Of a DNA stretch of 43,603 bases, positions 34,553-42,329 are shown one piece after another. How positions within the stretch are numbered: the stretch's first letter is position 1; the number at the start of each line of letters is the position of its first letter. The stretch is from contig CAYTTK010000004.1 of the NCBI GenBank assembly GCA_964440735.1, positions 1 to 43,603 of the forward strand, read 5' to 3'. A model generated the notes under the pieces. That model made no database searches, was not told where the DNA came from, and was given only the letters and a program-made list of their open reading frames with translations. This DNA comes from an uncultured Pirellulales bacterium. GTDB lineage: Bacteria > Planctomycetota > Phycisphaerae > Sedimentisphaerales > Anaerobacaceae. The position numbers and the translations under genes are program-made.

Positions 34553-35281
34553 ATGAGTAACTTGAAAACATTGTTATCATGTCCGTCAACTCATATTCCA
34601 ACAACTGTCGCTTGTGATTCGAGCCACACTTTACGAGCAGTCTCCAATAGGTTACGCATCTCAGTGTTATTACCGCTAACGGCTCTGTTATTGGCATCAG
34701 GCTGTCAGCACTACGGGATCAGGCTCCCTATGTCTAAACCGGCGAGTCACCACTACTATCTAAATCCGAACAAAGACCTTTGCGACATTGGCAGGGTGGC
34801 TTTGGTTGAACTTGATAACGATTCCAGTTATCCCCAAATCTCTGCAGATATAACCGAAGCACTTTTCCGGGCATTACAAAAAAGGCAGGTTTTCGGTTTA
34901 ACCACCGTCCGTCAAAGTGATTCTGCGTGGCGTAGTCTGCAGTTAAACCTGAATGACACATATACCCTTGAACAATTAATAGCAATCCGTAAGGCATTAA
35001 AGTGCAATGCCGTATTGACAGGGACTATTACCGAATTCAAACCTTATCCTCATATGGTCGTTGGTCTTCGGTTGAAGCTTGTGGACTTGAGGGATGGGCA
35101 GTTAATATGGGCTCTTGAACAAATATGGGATACGTCCGATAAAACAATAGAAAAAAGGATAAATAAATATTTTCAATCGCAGCTGAGTGACGGCCAAACA
35201 CCTTTGAGTGAACAATTGGCAACCATTAGTTCATTAAGTTTTATCAAATTTGTAACTTATGAGGTAGCCGTAACAATATAA
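34553..35281 (+). CDS. Lipoprotein with LpoB/CsgG/FlgO-like (TolB-N-like) core pattern, unknown function
   Basis: Lipobox LLASGC. The pattern VALVELDNDSSYPQISADITEALFRALQKRQVFGL...NAVLTGTITEF...LRLKLVDLRDGQLIW resembles small periplasmic/OM lipoprotein folds. Assignment made by eye only. Confidence 0.5.
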   Translation: MSNLKTLLSCPSTHIPTTVACDSSHTLRAVSNRLRISVLLPLTALLLASGCQHYGIRLPMSKPASHHYYLNPNKDLCDIGRVALVELDNDSSYPQISADITEALFRALQKRQVFGLTTVRQSDSAWRSLQLNLNDTYTLEQLIAIRKALKCNAVLTGTITEFKPYPHMVVGLRLKLVDLRDGQLIWALEQIWDTSDKTIEKRINKYFQSQLSDGQTPLSEQLATISSLSFIKFVTYEVAVTI

Positions 35282-35405
35282 CCAGGGTATCAAGCAAAAA
35301 TGAACGGTCGTAAATTTGCGTAAGGAAGAAAGAATTTACAAACTAGCTTTTTCGTCTGAAATAAGGACAAACTTTAGAAAAAAAAGAAAATAAGAGAAAA
35401 TATCC

Positions 35406-35432
35406 TAAAGTTTTTTGAAAGTCATACGAAAA
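35406..35432 (+). promoter_or_regulatory. Sigma28-type promoter candidate upstream of the flgM-like gene
   Basis: TAAAGTTT-N11-TACGAAAA compared with consensus TAAAGTTT-N11-GCCGATAA. The -35 is perfect and the -10 matches 5/8 with the CGA core. It lies about 35 bp upstream of ATG 35467. Confidence 0.45.
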
Positions 35433-35466
35433 GGATTTTGGATTAGAGATTTAAAGAAGTAATAAA

Positions 35467-35736
35467 ATGATAGAAAAAATAGATATCAGTAAAATTCAAG
35501 AACCTTTGGAAAAAGCATCATCCAAGCAATCTGGCCCCACGAGCCCTGTTTCGAAGAATAACGAGGATGTTTCCGTCCAGGTTGATTATGCATCTCTTAT
35601 TGAACAGGCAACGCAACCTATCCAGACAGACACCGAAGTTATCCAGAGGGTGCGAATGCTTCTAGAATCTGACCAGCTTGAAAGTGAGGAAAATATCCTG
35701 GAAGCAATAAAGAATATGGTAATGTTTGGTATATAA
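35467..35736 (+). CDS. flgM: Anti-sigma28 factor FlgM-like protein
   Basis: 89 aa. Unstructured N-half and a C-terminal helical region (VSVQVDYASLIEQA...EVIQRVRMLLESDQLESEENILEAIKNMV) matching the FlgM pattern. Preceded by a sigma28-like promoter. Confidence 0.55.
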   Translation: MIEKIDISKIQEPLEKASSKQSGPTSPVSKNNEDVSVQVDYASLIEQATQPIQTDTEVIQRVRMLLESDQLESEENILEAIKNMVMFGI

Positions 35737-35820
35737 AAGCGCTAAAGAGAAAAATGTTATTTATGTTATAAGGCGGACCACGGAAGGTTCTACCAAAAGC
35801 CTTAATGGATTTTATTAACT

Positions 35821-35878
35821 CGGCGAGGAAATGCGTAAACTTAGCACCCCCAAAGTTACTCATCCTCGCCGTTTTTTT
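35821..35878 (+). terminator. Rho-independent terminator closing the plus-strand flagellar cluster
   Basis: CGGCGAGGA (35821-35829) pairs perfectly with TCCTCGCCG (35863-35871). An inner bulged stem can also form (GTAAACTT/AAGTTAC). The hairpin is followed by T7 (35872-35878). Confidence 0.7.
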
Positions 35879-35914
35879 ATATAATATGGGTTAAATATAA
35901 AACATATAACGGAT

Positions 35915-36394
35915 TTGTTGAAAATGGAATTTCAAACCACAATTATTGGTAAATTCAAGAAGCTTTGGAAGTATTACCTTTTGCAGTCCTTATTGGCTGC
36001 CGTTGTCTTGTTGATACTTGTTCTCGTCTTGGGCGAGGAAAAGATGGTCGTAATCAGTGCAATGGGAGCTACCAGCTTTATCCTGTTTGCAATGCCTACA
36101 TCCGTCTCTGCAAAAACAAGAAACGTCGTCGGTGGTCACTTGGTTGGCTTGGCATCCGGAACGATTTTTTATTTCACCAACCTACACTATTTTATTGAAT
36201 ATCCCTGCGCAGTTGGAATCGCTATCTTCCTTATGGTTGCTCTGGACGTTGAGCACCCTCCTGCTGCTGGCACCGCTTTGGCTGTCGTGATACATGAAGT
36301 CTCACCTGAAGTCTTCGTCGTCATAATGACAAGTGCGGTGGTTTTATCTCAATTCCGGTATTATCTAAGACACTATCTAAAAGATTTGGTATAG
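35915..36394 (+). CDS. HPP-family integral membrane protein
   Basis: 159 aa with about 4 TM helices and the VEHPPAAGTALAV (HPP) motif. The true start may be ATG 35924. Confidence 0.7.
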   Translation: MLKMEFQTTIIGKFKKLWKYYLLQSLLAAVVLLILVLVLGEEKMVVISAMGATSFILFAMPTSVSAKTRNVVGGHLVGLASGTIFYFTNLHYFIEYPCAVGIAIFLMVALDVEHPPAAGTALAVVIHEVSPEVFVVIMTSAVVLSQFRYYLRHYLKDLV

Positions 36395-36929
36395 GAAACC
36401 TGCTGGCTTTGAATCTCTGCTTGTAAATCACAAGGCCGATTGTTAAGCATAACAATCGAGGAGCTGTCCAATTAGCCCTGCGTCAATGCACTTTTTCTCC
36501 ATGTTTAATGAGTGCGAATAGGTAAACAAATTGCGTGTGTGGCTTATTTGAGGGTCGCTGGCGGCATTGTTATCGACCTTTTGGCGGTTATTATTTGGCT
36601 TGTTTATGTATGGTAAAATATCGCCCCTATTGATAAGAGGTTTGGAGCTAATAACTTTACATGATATTTTTTTTACCATTTCACCACATCCCCAACACAT
36701 CTATATTAGCAAATTCAAACAGATAAATCAAGGAAAATCTCGCCGGCTGGTGCTGTTGATGAGGGGCTTTTTATGCTTCTAAATAGTTCCATTTGTGTAG
36801 AGTGATATTATAGGACAGGAACGAGGAAATTTGCGATGGATATTAATTAAGTCTGTAGCTAAAATACTTAGTGTGGGTTCTTGATTGGTCTATATTTCAA
36901 ATTTAGTCCTTTGTATAGGAATTTATCGA

Positions 36930-37130
36930 ATGCAAATTATCGCTCAATGCCCACAATGCGGTAGTCCTTGGCTGCTTGACCAAAGCGCAGTTGACCGAAG
37001 GATAAAATGCCAAAAGTGTAAAAAACTATTTAAAGTCCCAAAGCTGGAGGATGTCCCAAAGGCAATCAAGGTAATAAGACAGGCAAAAGGTACCATTTAT
37101 GTGGATGAGAAGGGCAAAACATATGGTTAA
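36930..37130 (+). CDS. Small zinc-ribbon protein (MJ0042-type CxxC...CxxC)
   Basis: MQIIAQCPQCGSPWLLDQSAVDRRIKCQKCKKLFKVP. The track ORF begins at upstream TTG 36885; ATG 36930 follows AGGAA. Confidence 0.45.
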   Translation: MQIIAQCPQCGSPWLLDQSAVDRRIKCQKCKKLFKVPKLEDVPKAIKVIRQAKGTIYVDEKGKTYG

Positions 37131-37218
37131 AACTAATTGCCGTTTCGATTATCGTCCTTCGAAACTTAACTTACGAAAAATAAAATTCAAATTATGATTG
37201 CAGGCCCGTGAAGGTGAG

Positions 37219-37632
37219 TTAAGGCCCGGCAGGTAAGGATTTTTCCTTGTCGTTGCTATCAAGAGCTTTTGATTGTGACTTTTGTTTGACCGCTGGTTTG
37301 GCTGGTACGATACCCAGGGCCTTTTCAATCCCTGCCATTCTTGCGGATAATTCATCCAATTTACTATCAATGGAATCTAATCTTTTTACTACGACTTTGA
37401 CATCCGCTCCGGTATCGAATAAATTCCTTTCAGTTAAATCCATATACCGTTCCATCAGCCGTTCATAAGCATCTATTGCCCGGGCTGCATCGGTTCTATA
37501 TTCGGGTATGGTAACCTGTGGTTGAACTTCATAAGTTCTTTCAACACCCTGAATTGACGGGGAATACCATACCACAACTACGCATGCAACAATACCTACA
37601 ACAACGGCCAATAAATTTTTGCTCACTTTCAT
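37219..37632 (-). CDS. Membrane-anchored hypothetical protein with helical ectodomain
   Basis: 137 aa. N-terminal TM (LLAVVVGIVACVVVVW), a helical region (AARAIDAYERLMERYMDL...LDSIDSKLDELSARMAGIEKAL) and a Lys-rich tail. Confidence 0.5.
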   Translation of the reverse strand: MKVSKNLLAVVVGIVACVVVVWYSPSIQGVERTYEVQPQVTIPEYRTDAARAIDAYERLMERYMDLTERNLFDTGADVKVVVKRLDSIDSKLDELSARMAGIEKALGIVPAKPAVKQKSQSKALDSNDKEKSLPAGP

Positions 37633-37946
37633 CTATTGTCTCCTTTATCGCTTTTTTGCGGTTAAAGACAGCATTTTATTTATCGGCATAAATCAGTTTG
37701 AATATCAAAGATATGAAAAAAACCGTATTTTCAGTGGCAGCTTTTGGTCTTCAATCGTTTTTTTCGGCCATTTTAGTCTTAAAGCAATCTAACTATGTCG
37801 AAAAAAATTTTAAGCAATTGGAGAATCTATCGAGAATAATATGGTTGGATGTATCAGAGGTAAGTGCATCTACATAGGTCCGTTTGTTATACGAATAAAG
37901 CTTCGAAATATGCTTTTCAAATAAATTCAATAATTAGGTTCGGCAA

Positions 37947-39326
37947 ATGATAACATCACTAACAGAATCCAAATCACAAGTCATAGAATTATCAGAGAGA
38001 GCATTTAAGACCTTTTGTGACGACATTTCCGGCATGTTAAATGTAGATATGAAATGTAGTCAGCAGGAGTGTGGAAATGAGACCGTAAAAGGTCTTGAGA
38101 AACAATTTGAGAACCTGGCGGCGGTTACTATTGTCAAAGCTGAGGGGATTTTGAACGGCACTTTTCAACTTGTATTCGACCGGCAAGGCCTATTTATTCT
38201 GGCTGGTGTTATTATTATGCAAGATGAGCAAATAATTCGGGAAAATATAAAATTTGGCTCACTCGAGAAGGCTAAAGATATTAGTAGTGAATTTGCTGAG
38301 GTGGGTATTGCATTGGTTGGGGCGTGGGACAGAGTTTTCCGAAAAGAGTTAAATGGCCATGGCTCCTTCACGTACATCAATACTTTTATTGGCAATCCTT
38401 GGGATAAATCTGAGGAAACAATAAGCTTGCCCGGCAATGAAGAATTTGCGTTAGTGACATATCAAGTGACATGTGGTTCCTACCCGCCTTTCAAATGCGG
38501 CGTTATTTTTCCAAAAGAGCTCATTACCGATGTATCAGTCACTACATCCGAGCAACCCGATTTTGCCGAGGCGAAAAAGGGCACTGAAGTTACTGAGGAA
38601 GCTACAGAGCAAGTAATCGAACCTGAAAAAACTAATGCCCCTGATAAGCCGGAGCTGCCGGAACAACAAAACAACGTTGCTATTGAGGAGAAAAATAGCG
38701 ATACCAATGAGGAGGTGCAAAGTTTGGCTGATACGAGTGAAGACGAAAAGCATCCGGTTTCCGAGGAGATTCAAAAAATGACCGGGTCTCCTGCCGATTC
38801 TACAAGCGAGCCAACACCACCAGAAGAGCAACAGGAAATCAAGACTACCAATGCACCTTTAACAATATATGCAAAAGATATTATGCAGAAAGAGGTGCTC
38901 TGGAGCGCTCCAGACGATAACGTTCAGCAGACTCTTACAAAGATTAAACAACATGGCACTGGCTATGTGATGGTAGGACAGGATAAAATACCGCAGGGTA
39001 TTGTAACAAAGTCCGACCTGACGGCGGCATCGAGTCCCTACCTGCGACCAGAATTTGCCCAATGGCGCAGGCCATCGGATGATGCCTCGCTTAAAATCAG
39101 AATCAAATGGATAATGAGCGGTTCCGTCAACACCATAAGCACGGAAATGCCCATCGCAGAAATAATGGAGAATATGTGTCAATCTGGCAAACGTGCCTTG
39201 CCTGTTGTGGACCAGCAGGGCAAGGTCCAGGGTTTGGTAACAGTATTCGATGTATTTAAGGGATTGTTAAAACATTTCTCTCACGGGGATAAGACTACCT
39301 ATCCTGAAGTTGAACAGAAAGAATAA
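37947..39326 (+). CDS. CheX/CheC-like N-domain, acidic linker and CBS-pair protein
   Basis: 459 aa. N-terminus AFKTFCDDISGMLNVDM...GILNGTFQLVFDRQGLFILAGVIIM resembles CheX-type domains. About 110 aa of E/P/T-rich linker follows. The C-terminus has two CBS motifs (AKDIMQKEVLWSAPDDNV...GIVTKSDL; IMSGSVNTISTEMPIAEIMENM...LPVVDQQGKVQGLVTVFDV). Confidence 0.6.
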   Translation: MITSLTESKSQVIELSERAFKTFCDDISGMLNVDMKCSQQECGNETVKGLEKQFENLAAVTIVKAEGILNGTFQLVFDRQGLFILAGVIIMQDEQIIRENIKFGSLEKAKDISSEFAEVGIALVGAWDRVFRKELNGHGSFTYINTFIGNPWDKSEETISLPGNEEFALVTYQVTCGSYPPFKCGVIFPKELITDVSVTTSEQPDFAEAKKGTEVTEEATEQVIEPEKTNAPDKPELPEQQNNVAIEEKNSDTNEEVQSLADTSEDEKHPVSEEIQKMTGSPADSTSEPTPPEEQQEIKTTNAPLTIYAKDIMQKEVLWSAPDDNVQQTLTKIKQHGTGYVMVGQDKIPQGIVTKSDLTAASSPYLRPEFAQWRRPSDDASLKIRIKWIMSGSVNTISTEMPIAEIMENMCQSGKRALPVVDQQGKVQGLVTVFDVFKGLLKHFSHGDKTTYPEVEQKE

Positions 39327-39354
39327 CCGCTGCGTTGTTTTCTATTCGGTGTAT

Positions 39355-40656
39355 CTACTTAACGAATCCGAGTTTGTCCGGAATCCACATAGATATTTGC
39401 GGCACGAAGGTACAGATTAAAAGCGTAATTATCATAGCGACAAAAAACGGCAGAATATGACGAATGACTTTGGTTACTGTTGTTCCGGCTATGCCGCAGC
39501 CGAGGAAAAGAGCTGTCCCGACCGGTGGAGTGCACAGGCCGATACATAAATTCATTATAATGATGATGCCGAAATGCAGGGGGTGCATCCCAAGTTTTTC
39601 CACGATGGGCAGAAAAATTGGAGTGAATATCAAAACAGCAGGTGTCATATCCATAAATGTTCCGACCACCAGCAGGATAGCATTAATCATCAGCAAAAGA
39701 AGAATTTTATTACTTGTGGTGTTCAGCAAGGTTGCACTGATATCCTGAGGGACGTTTTCTGATGCCAGAACCCATGACATTGCCATACTTGTTCCTATGA
39801 GCAAAAAGACTACCGATGTGGTCACGCCGCATTGAAGAAGAATCTTCGGCAGGTCTTTGATTTTGACCTCCCGATATACAATCACAGCCAGGATTAAGGA
39901 GTAGAGAACAGCAACTGCTGAGGCCTCTGTTGGAGTGAACCATCCCTTAAGAATTCCGCCGATTACGATAATCACGAGAAACAAGGGCGGGATCGCCCGA
40001 AAGAAGCGAACAATTCCTTCTTTGATGGGGAAAGTTTCTCCTTTGCCATAATTGTTTATGACAGATATACATCCGCTGACAAAAATCAGTCCCAAACCCA
40101 CCAGAAGGCCGGGTAAAAATCCTGCCATAAATATAGCAGCTATCGAGACAAAACCGCCCGTAGCCAGCGAATAGACAATCATAACGTTACTTGGTGGAAT
40201 CAACAGACCTGTTGTTGCTGCAGTGATAGTTACCGCGGCATTAAAGTCCCTGTGATAGCCCATTTTATTCATCAGCGGAATCATAAATCCTCCCACCGCA
40301 GATACCGCTGCTGTTGCCGAACCTGATATTGCACCGAAGAGCATGCAGGTAATGACATTTACGAAAGACAAACCCCCACGAAATCGTCCAACCAGCACAT
40401 TGGCAAAATCAATCAGGCGGCGAGCGATACCTCCATGGCCCATCAGCAGGCCTGACAGAATAAAAAATGGTATCGCCAACAAGGCGAAACTATCGATTCC
40501 GGTAGCTATCTTGTGTGCCACGGCCACGAATGTCGGCAGGTCCCCCATAGCTAAAAATGCCAGGACCGTTGAGATACCCATGCAAAACGCTACCGGCACG
40601 TTTAACAGAAGAAGTATTACAAAACTAACAACAAGGACTAATATGGGTAATTCCAC
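39355..40656 (-). CDS. dctM: TRAP transporter large permease (DctM family)
   Basis: 433-aa polytopic membrane protein downstream of DctQ/DctP-type genes, with typical DctM-like glycine-rich TM segments. Confidence 0.9.
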   Translation of the reverse strand: MELPILVLVVSFVILLLLNVPVAFCMGISTVLAFLAMGDLPTFVAVAHKIATGIDSFALLAIPFFILSGLLMGHGGIARRLIDFANVLVGRFRGGLSFVNVITCMLFGAISGSATAAVSAVGGFMIPLMNKMGYHRDFNAAVTITAATTGLLIPPSNVMIVYSLATGGFVSIAAIFMAGFLPGLLVGLGLIFVSGCISVINNYGKGETFPIKEGIVRFFRAIPPLFLVIIVIGGILKGWFTPTEASAVAVLYSLILAVIVYREVKIKDLPKILLQCGVTTSVVFLLIGTSMAMSWVLASENVPQDISATLLNTTSNKILLLLMINAILLVVGTFMDMTPAVLIFTPIFLPIVEKLGMHPLHFGIIIIMNLCIGLCTPPVGTALFLGCGIAGTTVTKVIRHILPFFVAMIITLLICTFVPQISMWIPDKLGFVK

Positions 40657-40713
40657 TATAATACCCTTTCACATCTTAAATTTGACATAGTCACTGCTTT
40701 ATATTGGCGCTAA

Positions 40714-41247
40714 TTAGTCAATCCCCTCTTCCACGTGGGTAACCTGCTGTTGTGAAACAGGGCCACCCTTGAATAATTGTGCCAATCTTTCAACCAGCCC
40801 TATAACGGAATATAACACGAGAAAAAAGCCGCTGATTGGTACCGCAAGATACACGTATCCGACCTTAATCCCTAAAGCCGGTGACAGCTGTTGTAGCTTC
40901 AAGGTGCTGACGACGAGGTCAATTCCGCCGAGGACCATAACAGACAATGAAAAGAGGGATACGCAAAGAAAGACAAAGACCTCTGTATAAAGCCGTTTCT
41001 TCGGCGACAGCTTGCCCACAAAGTAATCAATGCCCAGATGCGCACCGCGATTAAGCGCAACAGCAGCCCCGAGAAGCGAAACCCAGATTAGCATAAATAC
41101 CGCCAGCTCTTCCGACCAGGTGCTGGGATTTTTCAAAATAAAGCGCGTAAAGACCTGCCATAACACATCCACCACCAGCACCGCTACAACTACCATAACA
41201 AGCACTTCGAGAGAACGGTCTAATACCTTTTTTATCAACCTGAACAC
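40714..41247 (-). CDS. dctQ: TRAP transporter small permease (DctQ family)
   Basis: 177 aa, 4 predicted TM helices, lying between the DctP- and DctM-type genes. Confidence 0.85.
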   Translation of the reverse strand: MFRLIKKVLDRSLEVLVMVVVAVLVVDVLWQVFTRFILKNPSTWSEELAVFMLIWVSLLGAAVALNRGAHLGIDYFVGKLSPKKRLYTEVFVFLCVSLFSLSVMVLGGIDLVVSTLKLQQLSPALGIKVGYVYLAVPISGFFLVLYSVIGLVERLAQLFKGGPVSQQQVTHVEEGID

Positions 41248-41249
41248 TG

Positions 41250-42245
41250 CTACTTTACCTCCTGTATCTGTTTAATTAATTCACCAATATAGGTTCCTTC
41301 AAACTCATCCCATACACTCCTGACTGATTCTCGGAAAGGTTCCTTGTCTGGGTGGATGACTGTAACCCCTGATTTCTGAACTTTTTTCATATCATTTTCT
41401 TCGGCTTCGGCCCAAATCTTGCGCTGATATTCAACAGACTCGTCCACCGCCTCCTGTAATATCTGCTGAAATTCAGGTTTCAGACTATTCCAGACTCTCG
41501 TGCTGATTACCAGCATATCTGGCACCATTGTGTGTTCGTCCAGTATATAATACTTGCATACCTCGTAATGTCGCGATGTGCGAAACGACGGCGGGTTGTT
41601 TTCTGCGGCGTCAACGACGCCCTGGTCCAGTGCAGTATATAATTCTCCCCACGGAATTGGCGTAGGAGAGCCACCCATAGCTCCGACCAATTTCATCGAC
41701 ATTATGCTGTTTTGCACACGTATCTTCATCCCTTTAAGGTCATCGGGAGAATGAATTTCCTTTTTGGCGTAGAAGCTCCTTGCCCCCGCGTCATAGTAAC
41801 ACAGGCCGCGTAACCACTTTGACTCGCCGGCTAATAACAGCTCCTTGCCTATAGGTCCTTTCATTACCTTCCAGAAATGTTCGGGGTCTCTGAACAGATA
41901 GGGAATACCGAAAACCTTCATTTGCGGCACAAATCCTTCCATTGGTGCTGAGGAAGTCTTTGTCATCGCCAGGTAACCCAGCTGGAGTGATTCTATGCAT
42001 TCCTTTTCATTGCCCAACTGTTCGTTCGGAAAAATTTCGACCTTCATGCGGCCGGATGACTTTTCTTTGACTTTCTCGGCCATATACACCATCCCCTTAT
42101 GTACCGGATGAGTTATGTCAAGACTGTGGGCTAACTTAAGTACTACTTCCGGCTCGGCTTTTTCCTTTTCGCGTTTTTTGCAACCGCAGGAAATTGCCGA
42201 AGCCAGGCACAAAGCCAACCACAAAAGTATAACTGTGTTCTTCAT
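41250..42245 (-). CDS. dctP: TRAP transporter substrate-binding protein (DctP family)
   Basis: 331 aa. Lipoprotein-type signal (LALCLASAISCGC). LKLAHSLDITHPVHKGMVYMAEKVKEKSSGRMKVEIFPNEQLG is typical of DctP-family binding proteins. Confidence 0.9.
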   Translation of the reverse strand: MKNTVILLWLALCLASAISCGCKKREKEKAEPEVVLKLAHSLDITHPVHKGMVYMAEKVKEKSSGRMKVEIFPNEQLGNEKECIESLQLGYLAMTKTSSAPMEGFVPQMKVFGIPYLFRDPEHFWKVMKGPIGKELLLAGESKWLRGLCYYDAGARSFYAKKEIHSPDDLKGMKIRVQNSIMSMKLVGAMGGSPTPIPWGELYTALDQGVVDAAENNPPSFRTSRHYEVCKYYILDEHTMVPDMLVISTRVWNSLKPEFQQILQEAVDESVEYQRKIWAEAEENDMKKVQKSGVTVIHPDKEPFRESVRSVWDEFEGTYIGELIKQIQEVK

Positions 42246-42275
42246 TACATATCACCTTTGTATTTTTGGGGCGGG

Positions 42276-42297
42276 ATTGCTTTCTTAAAAGCAATCT
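42276..42297. promoter_or_regulatory. Perfect 9-bp inverted repeat GATTGCTTT-CTTA-AAAGCAATC (operator or terminator-like hairpin)
   Basis: Read directly. It lies 31-52 bp upstream of the dctP ATG and 33 bp downstream of the symporter stop. There is no U-tract on the minus strand. Confidence 0.35.
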
Positions 42298-42329
42298 GAA
42301 TCTGTATTTAAAACAGGTTGCGGTTTTAA

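Noticed and set aside
35639-35863. 74-aa minus-strand ORF overlapping the flgM 3' end
   Set aside because: It overlaps the flgM-like CDS and runs through the terminator stem-loop, so it is more parsimoniously non-coding.
36443-36700. 85-aa minus-strand ORF (MCWGCGEMVKK...) in the 36395-36930 gap, together with an 8-bp hairpin CGATTGTT/AACAATCG at 36438-36459
   Set aside because: No RBS, no recognisable family, odd composition, and a competing overlapping plus-strand ORF. I cannot support it as a gene, though the roughly 500-bp gap remains unexplained.
37142-37165. Hairpin GTTTCGA-N10-TCGAAAC between the convergent zinc-ribbon and 137-aa genes
   Set aside because: It is only a 7-bp stem with a 10-nt loop and no clear U-tract on either strand. 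It could be a weak bidirectional terminator, but the evidence is too thin to call.
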